Of a stretch of 6,965 nucleotides of DNA, positions 1 to 6,569 are shown in pieces. Within the stretch, counting starts at the first letter, position 1. Each line of letters opens with the position of its first letter. Both the position numbers and the translations under genes were made by a program. The notes under the pieces are model-generated. The model was not told where the DNA came from and did not search any database. It saw nothing but the letters and a program-made list of their open reading frames with translations. The stretch comes from Octopus sinensis (taxonomy: Eukaryota): NCBI RefSeq assembly GCF_006345805.1, contig NW_021829086.1, positions 1-6,965 of the forward strand, given 5' to 3'.

Positions 1-51
1 TATAAATATATATATATATAGATATATATATAATATATATGTGTGTGTGTG
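1..51. repeat. (TA)n-rich tract running into (GT)n microsatellite
   Basis: Directly visible: tataaatatatatatatata...tatgtgtgtgtgtg. Confidence 0.95.
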
Positions 52-334
52 AAAAATGAACCTAAGGTACGATTTTATAATAAACATACAATTTGTGGGG
101 CAGAAAAAACGGTGAGTCTGCTTAGTTACTTGTGTTTCTTTGCCATCAAATTATTGCTATCAGCTAATCACTATTTATAGCTGAATTAGTCTGTGCAATG
201 TGCATAACGAGACAGGCGCTGATAACGTTAATGAATTAATGGTAAACAGCGTTTAGGTTATAATTTGAAATGTGAGATATACTTTTTTTAAACTTTGAGT
301 GGACCAAGAAAAGATCTGACGCGCATTCATGTTT

Positions 335-356
335 TGTGTGTGTGTGTGTGTGTGTG
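335..356. repeat. (TG)11 microsatellite
   Basis: Directly visible perfect dinucleotide run. Confidence 0.97.
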
Positions 357-991
357 GTACGAAACCGTCCGTCAAACAAAATTGATTACTTGTGTCTAAC
401 GCTGATGGTGACGGCAGTGGCTGCGGCGGTGGTGGTGATGGCGCTGCTGTAAGAAAATTAACCGATTCCCAGTATGTGGCTGATACTATGAGGACAAAGC
501 TAGCCTCGGTGGGCTTTGAACGGCTTGAAAGGCTTGGAACTAAATACCACAAGGTACTTTTGCTGGCAAACCACTATGAAGGTTAATTAATTGATTATAA
601 TTTCGGCACAAGAGAGACCACTATAACTAAAAAGCTATTCATTTTTATATCCATGTCTAACCTTGCCTTCTCCAATACGTTCTTTATGACGCTAGGGTGG
701 GATTTGAAAAAAAGAACTTTCATTACTATTTCTAGCAAGCGACACGTCTGTTTCTTTGCTTCTTATGACTGGCAAGATGTGGTGAGAGCATTACAAAAGG
801 ATGAGGGCTATGGACAGGAGACAAAGGCCAAATAGGAGAACTTAATCTCCATAGAGGCTTCTTTGACAGACGAGACATTGGAATGCAGACGATAGAGTAT
901 GCGACCGTATATTTAGGAAACATGACGTGTCACGTACATACAGTAAAAATTTGTGAGACATTGCAATGATTCTCCATCTGAGGTTCTTTGT

Positions 992-993
<2 letters not shown>

Positions 994-1028
<35 letters not shown>

Positions 1029-1033
1029 CGTGC
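994..1033. repeat. (GT)n microsatellite ending in (GCGT)n
   Basis: Directly visible; it produces the HTHT/VCVC stretches in several listed ORFs. Confidence 0.97.
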
Positions 1034-1120
1034 ACAAACCTGGGTGTCAGCATTCGACTGTTCAACCAATTCAACCGCATATTTACAAACACCGGAAACT
1101 CTGTTAACTTAAAAAGTTTT

Positions 1121-1403
1121 GTCGCTCTGTTAGCAATCGACTTCGACTCTCTTAAGAATAACCAGATCGTGATTTCAATTCCTAGACTGGGTGGTGTGTT
1201 GTGTTCTTGAGCAAAGCACTTTATCTCACGTGGTTCTGCGATGACACCTGACGTGCGGCACACAGTGCACCTATTCAGACAACGTTGTCTATTTGAAGGA
1301 GAGAGTGAGCGAATGTACAGCACTTAGGATCAAACCATTTGTGCAGATTGCGTCGGCAAAAGCTGAACGCTCACACGTCGTCTTCGACGGGAGAGTCCAT
1401 CAT
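1121..1403 (+). mobile_element. tRNA-derived SINE with CORE-like central segment, degraded (copy S1)
   Basis: B-box-like GATTTCAATTCC at 1171-1182 followed by GTGTTCTTGAGCAAAGCACTT (1201-1221), resembling the CORE-SINE motif. 1165-1216 aligns with the head of the SINE at 5729-5780 (-) with 9 substitutions and 2 single-base gaps over 52 nt. It ends in a CA-rich tail. The A box is poorly preserved and the 5' boundary is approximate. Confidence 0.8.
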
Positions 1404-1510
1404 ACACACACACTCACACACGCTTACACCCACACACGCTCACACACGCTTACACTCACACACGCTCACACACACTCACTCACAAACATACGCTCATACA
1501 TACACATGTA
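1403..1510. repeat. Compound CA-rich microsatellite at the SINE 3' end
   Basis: Directly visible (CA)n interrupted by CGCT/CT/TA variants. Confidence 0.9.
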
Positions 1511-1649
1511 TATATAAGGATCTGTTGCAGGATTCGCTACAGTCTACCTATACCAACATGTTGGGCGCCAGCATTGCTCAGGTACGGAACCTGTACTACG
1601 TTGCAGCAACTCTTAGCTGTTTGTTGGTGGCATATTGTAAGTATATATG

Positions 1650-1671
1650 CACACACACACACACACACACA
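1650..1671. repeat. (CA)11 microsatellite
   Basis: Directly visible. Confidence 0.97.
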
Positions 1672-1819
1672 ACACATCTATCTATATACATATAAATACA
1701 CATAGACAGATGCACATCTACATAGGATCCAATCCAGTATAAACTGTAGATCCAACCCAGAGATGGATCCAAGTGTAGCGTATGTACAAAAGAAGAAGAA
1801 CACAAGTGAGGCTCAAGAT

Positions 1820-2317
1820 TCCCAACAGCTGTTTCGGCAGCATTTTATAGATGCATTCTTAGATTACATCATGGTAAAAATTCCGCCAATGTCAGGTAAG
1901 TTTCAAATATATAAACAGGTGAAGTAGAAGTAGAAGATGACTGAACCCTCCATTAAAAACCATGGTGGAACAAGATTTGTTTTTGATTGCGACTTTGTTG
2001 TTCATAAAGCTGAAGATTTGCAGATTCTTGTGGATCCTATTTCTGCATCTTGTAAGGCATAATTAGCCTGGACAAAACTGTTGTAATGATCCAGCCTGCA
2101 CCAGGAAACCCATATGTGAAAACCCATAGTGGAAGGAATAGTACTGAAAGTGGTGCAGAAGTTTGTCTCTACCTAGGAAGCACACTCAGCTGGTGTTGCC
2201 CCCTTCGATTACGAAATATATTCAAAGCTTCAGGAGGCAACCGATTCCCTCGGAGCTCTTTGAGTTTCATGTCTGGGCCCAACATGGTATCACAAAACGA
2301 ACAAAAGTTGCCGTGTA

Positions 2318-2352
<35 letters not shown>

Positions 2353-2940
2353 GACATCACCCTTTTACTCATGTGAGACGTGGACCCTTTATAGGCATCG
2401 TGTAGGGGTCCTCAAACACTTCCATCAGAGGTGTCTGAGATACATTCTGAGTGTTGGTGGGTAGTCGACATCCTGAACATTGAGGCCATGATGCACAAGC
2501 ACTGATTATGCTGGGCTGTTCAGAGGAATTATGAAAGAACCCCCTAAGCAGATGTTATACGGCAAACTTATTTGTAGAAAGCACCCCTAGCAGAAAGCAA
2601 GACTACAATTTAAGGACTGTTTTAAGTTCTCGTTGAAGGCCTGTGATATATGGAAGGTCAATTGGGAAAGCAATGCTTGTCATCGCCACCTGAGGAGGGA
2701 ACATGTAAGGGAAGGAATGAATGTATTTGAAGAAGCATGCAGTGTTCATGCTGAACTGAAGCGAGCTGCTAGAAAATAGCTGCGGAGTGAATGGAGGAAG
2801 CTTGGCCTCCAGTATGTGCGGACGTGTGTGTTTATCAAGGACTGGATTTATTAATGATCAAGGGAGCCACGAGTGTGAAAGACAATGTTGTTAGTGGTCA
2901 GTGAAGGTCTTCCTCTGTCACGAGTGAACAGGCTTCATTA
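1820..2940 (+). mobile_element. Degraded, 5'-truncated RTE-clade non-LTR retrotransposon (reverse transcriptase C-terminal half to 3' end)
   Basis: Manual translation across frameshifts gives colinear RTE-type motifs: FIDAFLDYIM (~1845), FDCDFVVHKAEDLQILVD (1982; degenerate FADD region), ISLDKTVVMIQPAPGNPY (2062), LKVVQKF (2144), YLGSTLS (2170), HVWAQHGITKRTKVAVYR (2268), LTSPFYSCETWTLYRH..LKHFHQRCLRYIL (2351), PKQMLYGKL, RLQFKDCFK..LKACDI, WESNA..R..V.EG..VFEE....ELKRAARK, and SMCGRVCLSRTGFINDQGSH (2811; decayed C2H2-like motif), stop at 2892-2894, then a short 3' UTR and (TGTA)n tail. Multiple stops and frameshifts make it non-functional. Confidence 0.92.
2320..2351. repeat. (GT)16 microsatellite inside the RTE RT coding sequence
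   Basis: Directly visible between the codons for YR and LT of the RT thumb region. Confidence 0.97.
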
Positions 2941-3090
2941 TGTATGTATGTATGCATGGTTGTGTGTATGTATGAGGACGGAGCAATTTGTAATAGAGCA
3001 CAGAACCCAAATTAACAAAGTGCATATAAATGTGTGTGTGTGTGGTGTGGGTGGGTGGGTGTTTGAGCGTGCGTGTGTGTGTATGTGAGG
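2941..3090. repeat. (TGTA)n / (TG)n / (GGGT)n low-complexity tracts at the LINE 3' end
   Basis: Directly visible. RTE-clade elements typically end in short tandem repeats. Confidence 0.8.
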
Positions 3091-3155
3091 GTGATGCTGT
3101 TTAGTTCCAGCTTGATTGTGCAAGCCTAAGACAGATAGCTAGATAAATAGATGGC

Positions 3156-3578
3156 TAACCACGTGGTTCCGGGTTCAGTCCCACTGCGTGGCAGCTTGGG
3201 CAAGTATCTTCTATTATAGCCTCGGGCTGACCAAAGCCTTGTGAGTGGATTTGGTAGACGGAAACTGAAAGAAGCCTATCGTATATATATGTGTGTGTGT
3301 GTGGTGTGTGTGTGTGTGTGTGTGTGTGTTGTGTGTGTGCGCGTGTGTGTGTGTCGCGCGCGCGTGCGTGTCTGTGTTTGTCCCACCACCATCGCTTGAC
3401 AAACGATGTTGGTGTGTTTACGTGCCCGTAACTTAGCGGTTCGGCCTAAGCGATTAATAGAATAAGTACTGGGCTTACAAGGAATAAGTCCTGGAGTCGA
3501 TTTGTTCGACTAAAGGCGGTGCTCCAGCATGGCCAGAGTCAAATGACTGAAACAAAAAAAGTGTAAAAGAATAAAAGA
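3156..3578 (+). mobile_element. tRNA-derived CORE-type SINE, 5'-truncated, with internal microsatellite and A-rich tail (copy S2)
   Basis: B-box-like GGTTCAGTCCC (3172-3182), then GTGGCAGCTTGGGCAAGT resembling the CORE/MIR motif GTGACCTTGGGCAAGT. Internal (TA)n(TG)n block. The 3' part ends GACTGAAACAAAAAAAGTGTAAAAGAATAAAAGA. It resembles an abundant octopus SINE as I recall it (not database-checked). Confidence 0.85.
3279..3371. repeat. Compound (TA)n(TG)n(CG)n microsatellite within SINE S2
   Basis: Directly visible, includes CGCGCGCGCGTGCGTG. Confidence 0.95.
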
Positions 3579-3579
3579 G

Positions 3580-3613
3580 AAATAGAGACAGACAGACAGA
3601 GACTGACTGAGAC

Positions 3614-3662
<49 letters not shown>
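3580..3662. repeat. (GACA)n/(GACT)n followed by (GA)22
   Basis: Directly visible polypurine run at 3619-3662. Confidence 0.97.
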
Positions 3663-3665
<3 letters not shown>

Positions 3666-3789
3666 TATTTCTTGTAGACTGAGATTGATTTTCGCGACTA
3701 ACCGGCGCTCACCTGTCGGTGTGACAATAAGACGTCTGCACAGATGAACATGTGCACCTGTGCACCTGTGCACAGTTTATTTACTTTAT

Positions 3790-3964
3790 GGTGTGTGTGC
3801 GTGTGTATGTGTGTGTGTTAGATTGTATGTACGTGGACACATCTATGTGTGTGTGTGTGAGGAGATTATGCAGGTATTCATATTTATATAGATTATATAT
3901 GCAGATGTTTACATCTGCATGTTGCGTAGTGACCTTGGAAGGTGTGTGTGTGTGTGTGTGTGTG
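3790..3964. repeat. Degenerate (TG)n/(TA)n low-complexity region
   Basis: Directly visible; ends in a near-perfect (GT)n at about 3942-3964. Confidence 0.85.
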
Positions 3965-3970
3965 CAGAAT

Positions 3971-4046
3971 GAAGCATGGCCAAATAGTTAAAACGTTCGC
4001 TTCGCAATCACGCAGCAATAGGTTCGATCACACCTTGTGGCAACCT
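3971..4046 (+). mobile_element. Isolated tRNA-derived SINE head fragment (copy S3)
   Basis: A-box-like TGGCCAAATAG (3977-3987) and B-box GGTTCGATCAC (4021-4031) at tRNA-like spacing, followed by GTGGCAACCTT resembling the start of the CORE motif in S2. Confidence 0.6.
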
Positions 4047-4152
4047 TTTGTTTTGAGAAGCGGGCCGCATGAGACATGGCTCATTATCAGGCGGGCCGCA
4101 CTTCTAACAAGAATTTAAGTTAATTTTTCCTTAGGTTTGCCCATGACAAGTG
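4031..4152. mobile_element. Probable short hAT-type MITE relic
   Basis: GGCAACCTTTT at the left end, AGGTTTGCCCATGAC at the right end (imperfect inverted repeat), and two direct copies of GCGGGCCGCA (4060-4069, 4091-4100). GGGCCRCA subterminal repeats are typical of MER30-like hAT MITEs. No clear 8-bp TSD. Confidence 0.5.
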
Positions 4153-4194
4153 TAGACAAAGCATCTCATTGGAAGGAGATGCAAGGAGGGGGAT

Positions 4195-4263
4195 TTGTAC
4201 CAGTAATTAAAATGGGCCAGCCTTGTCACGTGCTGTGTCAGAGTGATTACGTTAAAGCTACAC
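4195..4263 (+). mobile_element. Probable internal fragment of another SINE family
   Basis: TTGTACCAGTAATTAAAATGGGCCAGCCTTGTCACGTGCTGTGTCA...TACGTTAAAGCTACAC matches my recollection of an octopus SINE body. No in-window second copy supports it. Confidence 0.45.
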
Positions 4264-4677
4264 CTATACAGGGCACCCTTAATGTACCCTGTGACCCTTG
4301 TATATCCGGTGCACTTATACAGGGCTACTGGGAAAAATTTCGCAGAGAAGAACAATACTAATCCAAGGGTCTGAAAAATAGGGACCCATCTTTCAATGGT
4401 GTGACTTGAGGGAAGGGGATTAACAGTAATTCAAGTACCCCACTTTAGCTCTCCGAACCCTGGGTCAGACATATTTACTGTGTCCCCCACTCCCTCCTTC
4501 AACCACCATTCTCATAGGCCCCGACACTTTGTAATATATTCAGTCACTCTCACTATAAATCAATGTGGAATGTAATTCCCTTCATCGGTCAGCGACGAGG
4601 ATCCATTTGTTTATATTATTTTAATTTTACTATTTCATTTCATTTCATTTTATTATTTGGTTATTTTATCATAAAGT

Positions 4678-4857
4678 AAGATGGCGAACTGGCAGAATGG
4701 TTTGCGTCTTTACGTTCTAAGTTCAAATTCCGGCAAGGTCGACTTTGCCTGTCATCGTTTTGAGAGCGATAAAATAAGTACCAGTTGAATACTGAGGTCG
4801 ACTTAATGCCTTCCTCCAAAATTGCAGGCCTTGTGCCTAGAGTAGAAAGGATTATTA
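4678..4857 (+). mobile_element. tRNA-derived SINE with internal deletion in the head (copy S4)
   Basis: A-box-like TGGCAGAATGG (4690-4700) and B-box GTTCAAATTCC (4721-4731) are only 20 nt apart, implying a deletion. The central block GGTCGACTTTGCCTGTCATCGTTTTGAGAGCGATAAAATAAGTACC resembles a conserved SINE central domain (superfamily not assigned). It ends AGTAGAAAGGATTATTA before a (TA)n tract. Confidence 0.8.
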
Positions 4858-4858
4858 G

Positions 4859-4940
4859 GTGTATATATATATATATATATGAATATGTATTAGTATGTGT
4901 GTGTGTGTATGTATGTGTCTATGAGTGTCTATGTTATGTG
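4859..4940. repeat. (TA)n and degenerate (TG)n/(TATG)n tract
   Basis: Directly visible. Confidence 0.9.
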
Positions 4941-5044
4941 TGTATAGATGTGTGTTCGTGGTAGTGTAAGAGTAGGATTGTTGATGTCTGGGGTGGCAGA
5001 GGAGGGGGAGTGAGAGTAATAACGAAGGAGGAGATGGGGCCGCT

Positions 5045-5380
5045 TACCTCCACCTTCATACTCATACTCTCTATCCTACAACTACCACCACCACCACCAC
5101 CTGTCAGCACCACCTCAACTACATCTTAAACCACAATATACCTCCAGCACTGCTCCATAAAAGCCACAATTGAAATACCTTCGTCATCATCACTACCATC
5201 CCCACTCCCCACCGTCAGCACAACCACAATATTACCAATACTTGACCACCATACCATAAATACCATTTCATTTGTACTACCTTCACCTGACCATAACAAT
5301 CATCACCATGTCGCCATACGTCACACCACCACCACCACCACCACGCCTCCATCCCAATACAAACACACACAGACACACAA
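5045..5380. repeat. Degenerate (ACC)n/(CAC)n low-complexity region with (CA)n end
   Basis: Perfect CACCACCAC runs at about 5083-5101 and 5324-5344, with C/A-skewed sequence between them. Confidence 0.85.
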
Positions 5381-5463
5381 CTTTGAATCAGCAACGCTAT
5401 CATATATAGTTATTGTATAACCCCAGGTCAGTCCTGATCCAGTTGTCCTATTGTAAGTATATA

Positions 5464-6569
5464 CCGTATTTACCGGCGTAAAAGAAACATTGGTTTTCTT
5501 CTCTTCTATTGCATTATTTTTTTTTATTTATGCGCCCTTTTCAAGCCAGGTTCATGGGCCCGGTTTCTCGGTTTCTATGGTGTATGTGTTCCCCCCAGCT
5601 GGACGGGACGCCAGTCCATCGCAGCGTTACCCAAGAAACAGGAAAAAAGAGTGAGAGAAAGTTGGGGCGAAAGAGTACAACAGGGGTCGCCGCCACCCCC
5701 TGCCGGAGCCTCGAGGAGCTTTAGGTGTCTTCGCTCAATAAACACACACAACGCCCGGTCTGGGAATCGAAACCGCGATCCTCCGACCGCGAGTCCGCTA
5801 CCCTAACCACTGGGCCATTGCGCCTTCACGCATCAAAAATTGCCCTACATCTAATGCAGCCATATTACAGATAGAAGATTGAGTGTTGTAAGCTAAGGAG
5901 TGAAATAAGTTTAAGTCTGCAAGACACAAACACTGATATTGAAAATAAAATAATGAAAACAAGCCAAAATATCACAGTCTGTTGGCACAAAAATTGCTTA
6001 CAGTACCTGGGTAATTATGTGGGGGAAGTCGTATCTTCTCATGAAACCTCCTTCCTCTTCATACATAACCTACACCTGTTGTGTGTCTTACACTATTAAA
6101 TGATTGTATTACTTTTATGAAACATTTTTTAATTATCTCAACGGAAGTTTCTCCAAGCCTGTCAGTTATTCACAATGAGTGGATGACAACAAAATCATAG
6201 CAGAGGAGAGCCATTTGGTGGATGATTGAAGTTACATAAGACATTGCAGCCAGAAATACAAGTTTTACATCCTGTATATATATTCTCTTGACCAAAATAT
6301 AAACAACTAAAACAGTTGATCTAAAAGAAGAAAAAAGTTAACAAACGGTATTCTCATAATGTAGTTTATTTATAATAAATTCAAAGTTTCCTACTTTATT
6401 TCAGCATACCCTTGTAACATATTTACACATCTAGAATCATACAGTTCCCCGAATAAAACCACTTCAAAATATCTTTGAATAAGTGTGTGATGAAACATAT
6501 CAAACTTGTTTTTCTTTCATAGCATATACTTTTAAAATAGGGGTGCATCTTATGCGAAGGCAAATATGG
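5464..6569. mobile_element. Non-autonomous Tc1/mariner-superfamily (Tc2/pogo-like) DNA transposon relic
   Basis: Left end TA|CCGTATTTACCGGCGTAAAAGAAACA; right end reverse complement CCATATTTGCCTTCGCATAAGATGCACCCC. About 19 of 28 positions match, counting the two flanking bases. CCGTATTT...TAAGACGCAC-type TIRs with TA target are characteristic of Tc2-like elements. The right flank is TG rather than TA. The interior is AT-rich with no recognisable transposase. Confidence 0.72.
5515..5829 (-). mobile_element. Near full-length, young tRNA-derived SINE with CORE-like and V-domain-like segments (copy S5)
   Basis: Minus strand: A box TGGCCCAGTGG (5817-5807), B box GTTTCGATTCC (5773-5763), tRNA-Arg-like head, GTTTATTGAGCGAAGACAC CORE-like stretch, GCTGCGATGGACTGGCGTCCCGTCCA (5625-5600) resembling the V-SINE domain, and an A-rich tail. 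Possible 4-bp TSD GCAT at 5511-5514 and 5830-5833. Confidence 0.9.

Noticed and set aside
104-117. Perfect splice donor G|GTGAGT after CAG, suggesting an 8-nt microexon
   Set aside because: No polypyrimidine tract, and a single 7-mer is expected by chance in a window this size.
1519-1640. Non-repetitive segment with AG/GT pairs (DLLQDSLQSTYTNMLGASIAQ|gtacgg) as a possible exon
   Set aside because: Weak splice context and no recognisable peptide; unsupported without RNA data.
253-1695. ORFs 253-552(-), 842-1069(-), 913-1323(-), 953-1210(+), 1293-1517(+), 1339-1695(+) as genes
   Set aside because: They are kept open by stop-free dinucleotide repeats (HTHT/VCVC) and run through SINE sequence; no recognisable domain.
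2086-2376. ORFs 2086-2376(+), 2163-2354(+), 2169-2372(-) as genes
   Set aside because: They are frameshifted fragments or antisense of the dead RTE RT plus the GT repeat.
2885-3991. ORFs 2885-3088, 2938-3123, 3214-3402, 3510-3773, 3752-3991
   Set aside because: Microsatellite and SINE artefacts (VCVC, HTHT, SLSL).
4161-4182. Hairpin GCATCTC-attggaag-GAGATGC
   Set aside because: A few 7-bp stems with short loops are expected by chance in 7 kb; the same applies to TCAGCTA…TAGCTGA near 161-185.
4131-4361. Overlapping 74-aa ORFs on both strands
   Set aside because: They span MITE and SINE fragments, have no recognisable motif, and are of a length reachable by chance.
5215-5724. ORFs 5215-5403(-) and 5509-5724(+)
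   Set aside because: Trinucleotide low-complexity sequence and antisense SINE, respectively.
5750-5829. tRNA gene on the minus strand
   Set aside because: A and B boxes are present, but the acceptor and anticodon stems pair poorly and the sequence continues into a SINE body; it is a SINE head.
5834-6540. Transposase remnant inside the Tc2-like element
   Set aside because: No ORF or DDE/HTH-like motif found in the parts I translated by eye, and none in the ORF track; treated as non-autonomous.
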